Shown here one piece after another: positions 1 to 9,648 of a stretch of 64,000 nucleotides of DNA. Positions within the stretch are counted from its first letter, which is position 1. Every line of letters starts with the position of its first letter. Below the pieces are notes generated by a model that saw nothing but the letters and a program-made list of their open reading frames with translations, was not told the DNA's origin and searched no databases. The translations under genes were made by a program, and so were the position numbers. Origin of the DNA: Planctomycetota bacterium (GTDB lineage Bacteria; Planctomycetota; UBA1135; UBA2386); NCBI GenBank assembly GCA_965223545.1, contig OZ245006.1, positions 7,104,001 to 7,168,000 on the forward strand, in the 5' to 3' direction.

Positions 1-672
<672 letters not shown>

Positions 673-679
673 GGCGGCC

Positions 680-1108
680 ATGGCCAACGAACTCCATCTC
701 CGCGTCGTCACTCCCGAGCGCACGGTCATCGACCGCAAGGTCGCCGAGGTGCAGTTCGTCGGCATCGACGGCTCCTACGGCATCTTGCCGAACCACGCGC
801 CGTTGATGACCAGCACGGTGCCGGGCATCGTCACCATCCGCCACACCGACGGCTCGACCGAGCTGATGCTGGTGACCGACGGTTTCGCCGAGATGCGCGA
901 CAACGTGCTGTCGCTGATCTGCGAGGCCGGCGAGCGGGCCGAAGAGATCGATCTCGAGCGCGCGGCCGCCGCCGAAGAGCGTGCCCGTGAGAAGATCGCC
1001 GACACCACCAGCCGCGGCGGCGATTTGCCGAGCGCGCAGGACGCGCTGCGCCGCGCGCAGTTGCGCCAGCTGATGGCCCGGCGAGGCGGCACCGGCGATC
1101 TGCGCTGA
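680..1108 (+). CDS. atpC: F0F1 ATP synthase subunit epsilon
   Basis: LRVVTPER...GILPNHAPL...IDLERA; directly follows atpD. Confidence 0.96.
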   Translation: MANELHLRVVTPERTVIDRKVAEVQFVGIDGSYGILPNHAPLMTSTVPGIVTIRHTDGSTELMLVTDGFAEMRDNVLSLICEAGERAEEIDLERAAAAEERAREKIADTTSRGGDLPSAQDALRRAQLRQLMARRGGTGDLR

Positions 1109-1132
1109 GCCCGCCGGTTGCGCGGGCCGCAT

Positions 1133-1150
1133 GGGCGCGAGCCCGCGCCC
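1133..1150. terminator. GC-rich hairpin between convergent genes
   Basis: gggcgcg-agcc-cgcgccc; no U-tract; a second imperfect hairpin lies at 1109-1127. Confidence 0.35.
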
Positions 1151-1158
1151 GGAAGACG

Positions 1159-1587
1159 CTACTGGCCGCTCTCTTCGGCGGCGTCGGGATCCGCCGTCCC
1201 GGCCCAGACCGCGTGTTCGCTGCCGAGCATGGCGTCGGACGGTTCGTACTCCGCGATGGTCGAGCTGACCACCGGGGTGATGATCCAGGTCAGCGGCGGC
1301 CAGCCGTACCAGTAGTTCTCGGTGCCGGTCTGCACGATGCGGATGTTGTCGCCGTCGTCCTGCGCGATCGCTTGCGTCACCTCGTTGATCATGGTGGGGA
1401 CGTTGGTGTTGCCGACCACCGGGATGAACACGAACAGGTTCATGCCGACGTGGGTCGTGGTCATCACGTAGACCGGCTTGCCATTGGGGCCGACCCGGCC
1501 GTGCCAGGATTTGGCGGTCGAGTGTAGGGCGCAGCTTCCGAGCAGAACCAGTGCGAGGGGCGCGAGGAGGCGGGCGGACCGATGCAT
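1159..1587 (-). CDS. Hypothetical lipoprotein
   Basis: ATG at 1587 with GGAG RBS; signal peptide with lipobox LLGSC; 142 aa. Confidence 0.75.
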   Translation of the reverse strand: MHRSARLLAPLALVLLGSCALHSTAKSWHGRVGPNGKPVYVMTTTHVGMNLFVFIPVVGNTNVPTMINEVTQAIAQDDGDNIRIVQTGTENYWYGWPPLTWIITPVVSSTIAEYEPSDAMLGSEHAVWAGTADPDAAEESGQ

Positions 1588-1778
1588 GGAGACTCCTTGT
1601 TCGATGGTGTCCTTGGGAGCGGAGATGTCCGGGAGACGGCAGTCGGTCATATCCGACCGCCGTTCAGAATCACGCTCTTTGCCGGCGCCACGGCTTCGCT
1701 CAAGAACCCGGTGCGTTATCCGCTGTCGGCCGCGCACTACACTGTTCGTTGGCGACTGCCGCCGCCTTGGTTCGACTG

Positions 1779-3122
1779 ATGCCCGAGCTTCCTGTCTTCC
1801 TGGCCGATCGCGTCGATGAGATCCTGGCCCAGCCGGATCCGTTCCGGCGTCAGGCCTTGCAGGAGCTGTGCCGAGGCCAACCGACCGACGCCGAGGCCAT
1901 CGTCGACCGCGTGCGGACCGCGATGCCGCACCGCCCGGATCTGCTGCCGACCTTGACCGCGATCGCTGGCGAGGAGGAGGCCGCGCGGCCCATGCCGCAG
2001 CAGATCGGTCCCTACAAGGTGCTCGAGCTGATCGGCGAGGGTGGCATGGGCTTGGTCTACCTGGCCGAGCAGGTCGAGGAGTTGCGCCGGCGGGTGGCGC
2101 TCAAGCTGGTGCGCAGCGGCATCGACACGCGCGAGGTGATCGCCCGTTTCGAAGCCGAACGGCAGGCGTTGGCGCTGATGAACCACGCCAACATCGCGCG
2201 CGTCTACGAGGCCGGGACCACCACGCTCGGCGAGCCGTACTTCGCCATGGAGTACGTGCCTGGCGTTCCGATCACCCAGTACTGCGACGCCCACCGCCTG
2301 ACCAACGCGGAGCGTCTGGACTTGATGATCGACGTCTGCAGCGGCATCCACCACGCACACGAGAACGGCATCGTGCACCGCGACATCAAGCCGTCCAACG
2401 TCCTGGTGATGCGGCTCGACGGCCGGGCGGTGCCGAAGATCATCGACTTCGGTGTCGCCAAAGCGATCAATCAGCGGCTCACCGAGAAGACCATCTTCAC
2501 CCAGCGCGGCCTGATCGTCGGCACGCCCGAGTACATGAGCCCCGAGCAGGCGGAGAGCTCGACCACCGACGTGGACGCGCGCTCCGACGTGTACTCGCTG
2601 GGCGTCCTGCTCTACGAGCTGCTCGTCGGCGAGCTGCCGTTCGACGTCACCGCGCTGCGCGAGCGCGGTCTGCTCGAGATCCAGCGCAAGATCGTCGAGG
2701 ACTCGCCGCCGCGGCCCAGCACGCGGTTGCGGCAGCTCGGCACCCGCCTCGAGTTCGTCGCGCATCGGCGGCGCACCAGCTCGCGCGCGCTGGCGCGAGG
2801 GCTGCGTGGGCCGCTCGATTGGATCCTGCTCAAGGCCTTGGAGAAGAGCCCGCAGCGGCGCTACCCGTCGGCGATGGCGTTGGCCAACGACATTGCCCGG
2901 TTTCGCCAGCGGCAGGCGGTCACCGCGGGGCCGCGCAGCACTTGGTATCGGCTGCGCGCGCTCGCCCAGCGGCACCAGGTGGCGCTGTGGATCGGCGTCT
3001 CGTTGGCGATCGCGCTGCTGGCGATCGTCGCCTTGATCTGGTGGCAGGCCGAGCAGACCCGCGACCTGCGCAGGCTGCTGGAGGAGCGGGAAGCCGAGAT
3101 CCGCCGGTTGCGGGGCAGCTGA
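1779..3122 (+). CDS. Hanks-type Ser/Thr protein kinase with one TM helix and a very short C-terminal tail
   Basis: GEGGMGLV, VALK, HRDIKPSN, DFG, GTPEYMSPE, DVYSLG; TM segment VALWIGVSLAIALLAIVALIWW; start codon uncertain. Confidence 0.93.
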   Translation: MPELPVFLADRVDEILAQPDPFRRQALQELCRGQPTDAEAIVDRVRTAMPHRPDLLPTLTAIAGEEEAARPMPQQIGPYKVLELIGEGGMGLVYLAEQVEELRRRVALKLVRSGIDTREVIARFEAERQALALMNHANIARVYEAGTTTLGEPYFAMEYVPGVPITQYCDAHRLTNAERLDLMIDVCSGIHHAHENGIVHRDIKPSNVLVMRLDGRAVPKIIDFGVAKAINQRLTEKTIFTQRGLIVGTPEYMSPEQAESSTTDVDARSDVYSLGVLLYELLVGELPFDVTALRERGLLEIQRKIVEDSPPRPSTRLRQLGTRLEFVAHRRRTSSRALARGLRGPLDWILLKALEKSPQRRYPSAMALANDIARFRQRQAVTAGPRSTWYRLRALAQRHQVALWIGVSLAIALLAIVALIWWQAEQTRDLRRLLEEREAEIRRLRGS

Positions 3123-3217
3123 GCGTCGCGCGAAGCGCTTGTTTCTGATTGCGGTCCGGCAGCGCGGACACGAGCCGCGGCTTGCCGCCGCGCCGCGCGT
3201 GCCGTTCGATGGCGGCC

Positions 3218-4432
3218 ATGGTCTCGCCCAGGCCCGGTGTCGCTCTCGGCGACCGCTCCTTGTTTCCCGCGCTGGGGGACCGCGCCTACCTGGCGCACGC
3301 AGCCATCGCGCCGCCGTCGGAGAACGTCCGGACGGCGGCCGAGGCGGTGTTGGCCGACTACGCCTCGCACGGTGCCGCGGCGTGGGTGCGCTACCGCGAC
3401 CAGCGCGACCAGCTGCGGGTGTCGCTGGCGCAGTTGATCGGCGCCACGGCCGACGAGATCGCGTTGGTGGCCAGCACCAGCATGGGGGTGCTCGACATCG
3501 CGCTGTGCTTGGACTGGCGGGCGGGCGAGCGGGTCTTGCTGTTCGACGGCGAGTTTCCCGCCAACGTCACCGCCTGGCAGCAGGCCGCCCAGCACCACGG
3601 CCTCGAGGTCGTGCGCCTGCCGGTGGCGGACTTCGCCGCCGCCGACGACCGCGGTCTGCGACGCCTCGAGGAGGTGCTCGCGGGCGGCGTCCGCCTGGTC
3701 GCGGTCAGTGCCGTCCAGTTCCAGAGCGGCTTGGCAATGCCGTTGGCGGCGATCGCCGAGCGATGCCGCCGTTGGGGCGCCGAGCTGTTCGTCGACGCGA
3801 TCCAGGCGGTCGGCGTCCTGCCCATCGACGTGCACGCGCTTGGGCTCGACTATCTCGCCGCTGGCAGTCACAAGTGGTTGATGGGGCTCGAGGGCGCGGG
3901 GTTGCTGTACGTGCGGCGCGAGCGGCAGCCCGGCCTGCGCCCGGTGGTCGCGGGGTGGCTGAGCCACGAGGATCCGGCGGCGTTCCTGTTCGAGGGCGCC
4001 GGCCATCTGCGCTACGACCGGCCGATCCGGCGCGGCGTCGACTTCCTCGAGTTCGGGGCGTTGAACACCGTCGGTTTCGCGGCCCTCGGCGCGGCGGTGG
4101 AGGACTTGCTCGCGCTCGGAGTCGACTCCATTCACGCGCATGTGCAGCGCATCCTCGACGCGCTCGAGCCGCGCTTGGTCGCCCTCGGTTTCACCAGCTG
4201 CAGGCCCGCCGACGCGGCGCGGCGCGCCGGCATCCTGGCCGTGCAGCCGCCGGCCGACAGCGCGCCGGTCGCCGAGCTCGGCGCCCGCTTGGCGGAGCTC
4301 GGCGTCGACGTCTCGACGCCGGATGGTCTGCTGCGCCTCGCGCCCCATTGGCCCAACGGCCTCGACCAAGTGGACGCCGTCGTCGACGCCTTCGCCCGTT
4401 GTCGGCACCCGGTGGACGGGGGGGCACGGTGA
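3218..4432 (+). CDS. PLP-dependent class V aminotransferase-fold enzyme
   Basis: YLAHAA, VDAIQAVG, GSHKWLMG (PLP Lys); no C-terminal catalytic Cys loop as in IscS/SufS; start could be 3209. Confidence 0.85.
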   Translation: MVSPRPGVALGDRSLFPALGDRAYLAHAAIAPPSENVRTAAEAVLADYASHGAAAWVRYRDQRDQLRVSLAQLIGATADEIALVASTSMGVLDIALCLDWRAGERVLLFDGEFPANVTAWQQAAQHHGLEVVRLPVADFAAADDRGLRRLEEVLAGGVRLVAVSAVQFQSGLAMPLAAIAERCRRWGAELFVDAIQAVGVLPIDVHALGLDYLAAGSHKWLMGLEGAGLLYVRRERQPGLRPVVAGWLSHEDPAAFLFEGAGHLRYDRPIRRGVDFLEFGALNTVGFAALGAAVEDLLALGVDSIHAHVQRILDALEPRLVALGFTSCRPADAARRAGILAVQPPADSAPVAELGARLAELGVDVSTPDGLLRLAPHWPNGLDQVDAVVDAFARCRHPVDGGAR

Positions 4433-5061
4433 CCGACTCCGTAGTGCCGCTTCTCGTCGACGGTCCGGCGCGGGACGCGCCGCGCCTCGTGTTGGCGCAC
4501 GGCGCCGGTGCGCCGATGGACTCGGACTTCATGCAGCAAACCGCCGAGGCCATCGCCGGCCACGGCATCACGGTGGTTCGCTTCGAGTTCCCCTACATGG
4601 CCAAACGACGGGGCGACGATCGACGGCGGCCACCTGATCGCGCCGCAGTCCTCGCGGCCCACTACCGCGCAGTGGTCGAGCAGCTCGGCGGTGCCGAGTC
4701 GCTGGTGATCGGCGGCAAGTCGATGGGGGGCCGGATCGCGACCCAGATCGCGGACCGCGCCGGCGTCGCCGGAGTGGTGTGCTTCGGCTACCCGTTCCAT
4801 CCCCCCGGCAAGCCGGAGACCCTGCGCACCGCGCACCTGCGCGGGCTGCGCACCCCGGCGTTGATCGTCCAGGGCGAGCGCGACCCCTTTGGGCGGCCCG
4901 ACGAGGTGGCGGGCTACGATCTGGCGACCGGCATCGAGCTGCTCTGGTTGCCGGACGGCGACCACTCACTGGTGCCTCGGGTTCGTTCGGGGCACCGTAA
5001 GGAGGGGCACTGGCGCGATGCCGCGCGCGCCGCGGCGGAGTTCGTGGAACGGCGCTGCTGA
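4429..5061 (+). CDS. Alpha/beta hydrolase (KANL3/Tex30-like)
   Basis: LAHGAGAPMDS, GGKSMGG nucleophile elbow, GERDPF, GDHSL; GTGA overlap with the upstream stop. Confidence 0.88.
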   Translation: MTDSVVPLLVDGPARDAPRLVLAHGAGAPMDSDFMQQTAEAIAGHGITVVRFEFPYMAKRRGDDRRRPPDRAAVLAAHYRAVVEQLGGAESLVIGGKSMGGRIATQIADRAGVAGVVCFGYPFHPPGKPETLRTAHLRGLRTPALIVQGERDPFGRPDEVAGYDLATGIELLWLPDGDHSLVPRVRSGHRKEGHWRDAARAAAEFVERRC

Positions 5062-5123
5062 GGCGCCTTTGGACTTTCTCCGTTTTCTTCTGCACCCCGG
5101 CTTCGGCTTTCGCGCTTTGGTGG

Positions 5124-5516
5124 GTGGAGCGCCGTTGGGAAGTGGCGCTCGAACGACGTCCCTGCCAGGTCGATCTCGTGCCCCGCCACAGCCTTCACGC
5201 TCTGTTGAACCTGCCGCCCTCGCTGCGCGGCTCGGCGCGGGGCGCGGAGCCGGCGGGCGGCTTCGCCACCGAGAGCGTCCGCCCGGGCGCGACCGCCTCC
5301 GGTCCGGCGGCGCAAGATGCAGAGGGCGAAGCCTGGCAGCGCCGTTACGCCGCTGCGCGCGGAGCGCTGGCACCGGAGGACCGTTGGCTGCTCGAGGAGA
5401 TCGAGCTGCGGGGCACGAGCTACGCGCGGCTGTCGCGCGAGCTCGGCTGCTCGCGGGACGTCATTGCCCGGCGGGTGTTCGAGTCGCGCGCGCAGCTGGT
5501 GCGCCGGATGGCCTGA
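5124..5516 (+). CDS. Sigma-70 region-4-like HTH protein lacking region 2 (stand-alone protein or ECF remnant)
   Basis: LAPEDRWLLEEIELRGTSYARLSRELGCSRDVIARRVFESRAQL resembles ECF sigma4. Confidence 0.55.
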   Translation: MERRWEVALERRPCQVDLVPRHSLHALLNLPPSLRGSARGAEPAGGFATESVRPGATASGPAAQDAEGEAWQRRYAAARGALAPEDRWLLEEIELRGTSYARLSRELGCSRDVIARRVFESRAQLVRRMA

Positions 5517-5519
5517 CGA

Positions 5520-7769
5520 CTATCGGCCGGCTGGTTGACGCGAACGCGACCGGCCGAGGCCGTCATTGACCTTGGCGGAGGTCGGGTGGGCAGCGTTGTC
5601 TTCGGTGGTGGCGGGGGTCGCGGCCTCCGATCCCGCGCTGCCTTGGATCTCGGCGCGCAGCGCGGCGGCCTCGGCCTGCGCCCTTCGCGTGGGGGGCGCG
5701 TCGTCGCCGTATTGCTGGCGCAGCGCGTTGGCGACCTGCTGCAGGGCGGCCTGGGCGTCCGCGGGCTGGTCGAGCTTGCGGTAGACCCGCGCGGCGTCGC
5801 GCAAGGCGGTGAGGCGCTCGGTGGCGAGCGGACCAGCCCGGTCGCGGTGGTGGCGCGCGATGGCGCTGAACAGCTGGACCGCCCGGGTCCACTGGCCGCC
5901 GGCCTCGAGGGCGATGGCCAGCTCGCGCTGTGTCGTCAGCGCAAGCCGGCTCTCCGCGCCGAGCTCGCGGTCGCAAATCGCCAGCGCCGCCTGCAGCTCG
6001 CGCTCGGCGGCGGTGTGTTGCCCGATCGCCGTCATCACCTTGGCCAACGTCGTCGAGGCGCCGATCGCGATCGGGTTCTGTGGTGACAGCGCCCGCCGCG
6101 CGCGCGCCAGCGTCTCGCGGGCGAGCGGCCTGGCTTCCGCCGCGCGGTCCTGCTCGACCAACAGTCGGGCCAAGAAGTTGCGAGACATCAGCGTGTCCGC
6201 GTGGTGGTCGCCGAGCGCCGCGGTCCGCAGGCGGATCGCGCGCCGCAGGTGCCACTCCTCGTCGGCCGGCCGATCGAGCGTGCGGAACAGATAGGCCAGC
6301 CAGCCCGAGATCCGGCCACCGTGCTGCGGCTGGTCGGCGAAGGTGTCGTCCTCGCGGATCCGCTCGTCGACGGAGCGCAGGGCGACCAGGTCGACCCGTT
6401 CTTCCGGTGGCATGCCCGCGCTGGCGTTGGTGAACGACTCGCCGAGCAGCTGGATGACGGTCGCCGCGACGTCGGCCTCGCTCTCCGCTTGGGCGCGTTG
6501 CCACAGGACCGCGCCCAAGCCGCCGATCACGGTGGCGAACACCAGCACTCCGGCGGCGACGGCGACGCGGTGGCGTCGCACCAGGCGGCCGAGCCGGTAC
6601 ACCGCGCTCGGCGGTCCGGCGAGCACCGGCTCCAGCGCCAGATGGCGCTCGATGTCGGCGGCCAGCTCGCGCACCGTCGGGTAGCGCCGGGCGCGGTCCT
6701 TGGAGATCGCCTTGAGCACGATCCAGTCCAGGTCGCCGCGTAGCTCGCGGTGTGGGGTCGCGGGTTGGGGCGCCTCGCCGTCGGGGTCGGCGGCGAGCGC
6801 GGCGGCCCGAGCGCTCGGCCGCGGGGGCTCTTCTTCGCGCAGCGTGCGCTGGATCTCGGTGAAGCTCTTGCCGCGCAGCACGACCGGATCGAACAGCGGG
6901 GTGCCGACCAAGAGCTCGTAGAGCAGCGCACCGAGAGAGTAGATGTCGCTGCGCGTGTCGATGTCGAGGCGCCCGAGCTCGGCCTGCTCGGGGCTCATGT
7001 AGGCGGGTGTGCCGACCAGCTGTCCTTGCTCGGTGAAGCTCGTCCGCGCGCCGAGCTGTGGGCGCGTCGCCTTGGCGATGCCGAAGTCGATGATCTTGGG
7101 CACCGGGCGCTGGCCCTGCATCGTCACCAGGACGTTGGAAGGCTTGATGTCGCGGTGGATGATGCCCTTCTGGTGGGCGTGCTCGATCGCCTCGCAGACT
7201 TGGAGGAACAGGCGCAGCCGCGCCGTCGCGTCGAGGCCGCGCTGCTCGCAAAACCGCGTGATCGGCACCCCGGGCACGTACTCCATGACGAAGTACGGCC
7301 GGCCACCGGGGGTCGCGCCGGCGTCGAAGACCTTGGCGATGAAGCGGTGCTCCATCATCGCGATCGCCTGCCGTTCGGCCTCGAAGCGTTCGATGATCTG
7401 CCGCGTGTCCATCCCCGCCTTGAGCACCTTGAGGGCGACGACACGGCGGACGGGTTCGCTCTGCTCGGCCTCGCAGACCGCGCCGAAGCCGCCCTCGCCG
7501 AGCAGCCGGCGGACGGTGTAGGGGCCGAGGCGATCGCCCTTGGTCGGCAGTAGCCCGCGGTCGCCGTGTGCGCCGGCCGGCCGGCGCGGCGCGGAGCTGG
7601 GGTCCAAGAACTCGGTGATGTTGTCGTGCTCCGCCAGCAGCTCCTCGACTTCGGCGCGGACCTCGGGGCTCTCGGCGTGGGCGTCGAGGTAGGCGGCGCG
7701 CTCCTCGGGGGAGGAGTCGTAGATCTCGTGGAACAGCGCCCGTGCGCGATCGTGCTGTTCGGCGTTCAC
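5520..7769 (-). CDS. Ser/Thr protein kinase with TM helix and C-terminal TPR repeats
   Basis: GEGGFGAV, HRDIKPSN, DFG, GTPAYMSPE; TPR-like LGDHHADTL repeats; GTG start overlaps the ECF stop (GTGA). Confidence 0.93.
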   Translation of the reverse strand: MNAEQHDRARALFHEIYDSSPEERAAYLDAHAESPEVRAEVEELLAEHDNITEFLDPSSAPRRPAGAHGDRGLLPTKGDRLGPYTVRRLLGEGGFGAVCEAEQSEPVRRVVALKVLKAGMDTRQIIERFEAERQAIAMMEHRFIAKVFDAGATPGGRPYFVMEYVPGVPITRFCEQRGLDATARLRLFLQVCEAIEHAHQKGIIHRDIKPSNVLVTMQGQRPVPKIIDFGIAKATRPQLGARTSFTEQGQLVGTPAYMSPEQAELGRLDIDTRSDIYSLGALLYELLVGTPLFDPVVLRGKSFTEIQRTLREEEPPRPSARAAALAADPDGEAPQPATPHRELRGDLDWIVLKAISKDRARRYPTVRELAADIERHLALEPVLAGPPSAVYRLGRLVRRHRVAVAAGVLVFATVIGGLGAVLWQRAQAESEADVAATVIQLLGESFTNASAGMPPEERVDLVALRSVDERIREDDTFADQPQHGGRISGWLAYLFRTLDRPADEEWHLRRAIRLRTAALGDHHADTLMSRNFLARLLVEQDRAAEARPLARETLARARRALSPQNPIAIGASTTLAKVMTAIGQHTAAERELQAALAICDRELGAESRLALTTQRELAIALEAGGQWTRAVQLFSAIARHHRDRAGPLATERLTALRDAARVYRKLDQPADAQAALQQVANALRQQYGDDAPPTRRAQAEAAALRAEIQGSAGSEAATPATTEDNAAHPTSAKVNDGLGRSRSRQPAGR

Positions 7770-8293
7770 GCCGGCCCCCGGCTCAGCTCGCGCTTGAGCC
7801 AAGCGCGGGCCATGCTCCAGTCGGCGAGCACGGTACGTCGCGACACGTGCAGCACCAGCGCGCAGTCTTCCACCGAGAGACCGCCGAAAAAGCGCAGCTC
7901 GACGACCTCGGCCTGGCGCGCGTTCAAGCTGGCCAACCGATGCAGGGCCTCGTCGAGCGCCAGGACGTCCACCGGGCGTCCCGCGTCGGGCGCGACCGCT
8001 TCGTGCAGGGTCACCGGCTGGCAGCCACCGCCGCGCCGGTCGGTGTTGCGCCGGCGGGCTTCGTCGACCAGGATGTGGCGCATCGCGCGCGCCGAAACCG
8101 CGAAGAAGTGGGTGCGGCCGGCCCACTCGCGGTCGCCCGGGCCGAGGCGCAGATAGACCTCGTGCACCACCTCGGTCGGAGCCATCGCGCCCCGCTCCTT
8201 CGGGTGGCCCAGCCGCTGGGCGGCAACCTGCCGCAGCTCGTCATAGACGAGCGGCATCCAATCGGCGGCGCGGCTGGCAGGTCCGGAGTCCAC
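7766..8293 (-). CDS. ECF RNA polymerase sigma factor (kinase-associated type)
   Basis: LVYDELRQVAA, PTEVVHEVYLRL, AMRHILVDEAR, VELRFFGGL, DWSMARAWL. Confidence 0.92.
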   Translation of the reverse strand: MDSGPASRAADWMPLVYDELRQVAAQRLGHPKERGAMAPTEVVHEVYLRLGPGDREWAGRTHFFAVSARAMRHILVDEARRRNTDRRGGGCQPVTLHEAVAPDAGRPVDVLALDEALHRLASLNARQAEVVELRFFGGLSVEDCALVLHVSRRTVLADWSMARAWLKRELSRGPA

Positions 8294-8383
8294 GGGATCG
8301 ATGCCAAGTGTAATGCAATCGCACTATCCGGTTCTGGTGGATTGCCGCTCCTTGCGCCGCGTCCTTGGCGTCGTTTTGGGGGA

Positions 8384-9601
8384 TTACCCTCGATTTGGCG
8401 CCAGGGCCGCGCTGGTGCCGAGCTGTCGTCGCAGCGCGCTCACCGCCTGCATGTGCACGGCGAACGCCTGCTGTGGCCGCGCGAACGGACTGAAGTCGCG
8501 GTGCGGGTAGCCCTCCGACCACGAGCGGGCGGTCATGTAGTACAGGTGGTCCGACGTGCCCAGCCGTCGCCAGGTCTCGAGCAGCTCGGGATCGCCGGCA
8601 GTCTGCACCGCGGGGTACAGCGCGTACAGCTGGCGGTGTGCCTCGCGCTGCATCGGATTGCCGAGCCACGCGCTCAGATCGCGGGGAGCGTCGGCCCACG
8701 AGGTCGGCTCGCGGCAGTCGAGGATGCGGCGGGCACCCGGTGCGCGGCCGGCCTCGCCAGGCGTCGCGAAGGCGAGGCCGCCGTGCGCCAGCACCGCCGC
8801 GGGGAGAGCGGCGAAGAACTCGAGGATGCCGGTGCCGGCGTCGAGGTGCTCACCCAGCGCCTCGCAGTCGAAGAACAAGCCGACGACGCCGTCGGGTGCG
8901 GCCGAGCGGGCCAACCACGTGGCGAAGGTGGGTGCGCGCAGCGGGTGCGGCGGCCAGCGCGGGTCGGCGAAGCGGAAGCCGATGTCGTCGGACAGGCGGT
9001 AGTGGCGCAGCAGCACGGTCAGCGCCCCCGCGCCGGGCGAGCGATAGCGCCCGTCCGGCGGTTGGCCCCGCAGCAACCGGTCGGCGCCCTCGGCGAGCGC
9101 GACGCGGAAGCCGGCGCCGGCGGCGGCGCGGCCGATGGCGTTGCTGTAGATCAGCTCGGTGTTGCGGAAGGTGGTCGGCCGCGCGCCGCACCAGCGGCGC
9201 AGCAGGCTGCGGTGGATGTCGAGCTGCCGCGCGAACTCCACCGGCGCCGCGACCGACGCCAGCGAATGATGCGAGGTCTCGCCGATGAGCTCGATGGCGC
9301 CGCGCTGGCACAGCGCTGCGATCGCGTCGAGGACGTCCGGTGCCCAAGCGCGCAGCTGCACGAGCGCGGTGCCGCTGATCGCCATTCCGCAGCGGAACCG
9401 GCCGTCGGTGTGCTCGAAGGCCTCGGTCAGCCGGGCGACCACCGGCCGGTAGCAGCGCTCCGCCACGCGCCGCAGGACCTCCTCGTCGGCGGCGGCGTCG
9501 AAGCAATCGACCACCGCCCCCGCGCCGGCGTGCCGCAGGCGGTGCGGTTGGTGCAACTGCAAGTAGAGAACGACGCTGGTCTCTTCGGCCACAGAAAGCA
9601 A
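8384..9601 (-). CDS. Glycoside hydrolase family 57 (alpha-amylase-like)
   Basis: HQP, FRNTELIYSN (nucleophile Glu), FFDCEALGEH, TSDHLYYM; start may be GTG at 9592. Confidence 0.9.
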   Translation of the reverse strand: MLSVAEETSVVLYLQLHQPHRLRHAGAGAVVDCFDAAADEEVLRRVAERCYRPVVARLTEAFEHTDGRFRCGMAISGTALVQLRAWAPDVLDAIAALCQRGAIELIGETSHHSLASVAAPVEFARQLDIHRSLLRRWCGARPTTFRNTELIYSNAIGRAAAGAGFRVALAEGADRLLRGQPPDGRYRSPGAGALTVLLRHYRLSDDIGFRFADPRWPPHPLRAPTFATWLARSAAPDGVVGLFFDCEALGEHLDAGTGILEFFAALPAAVLAHGGLAFATPGEAGRAPGARRILDCREPTSWADAPRDLSAWLGNPMQREAHRQLYALYPAVQTAGDPELLETWRRLGTSDHLYYMTARSWSEGYPHRDFSPFARPQQAFAVHMQAVSALRRQLGTSAALAPNRG

Positions 9602-9648
9602 GAAGGGCTGTCGCGAGGCGCGGGATCAGGCCATTCTATGAGGGCGGC

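Noticed and set aside
3218..4432. Calling the gene iscS/sufS
   Set aside because: No catalytic Cys motif in the C-terminal region and no Fe-S cluster genes nearby.
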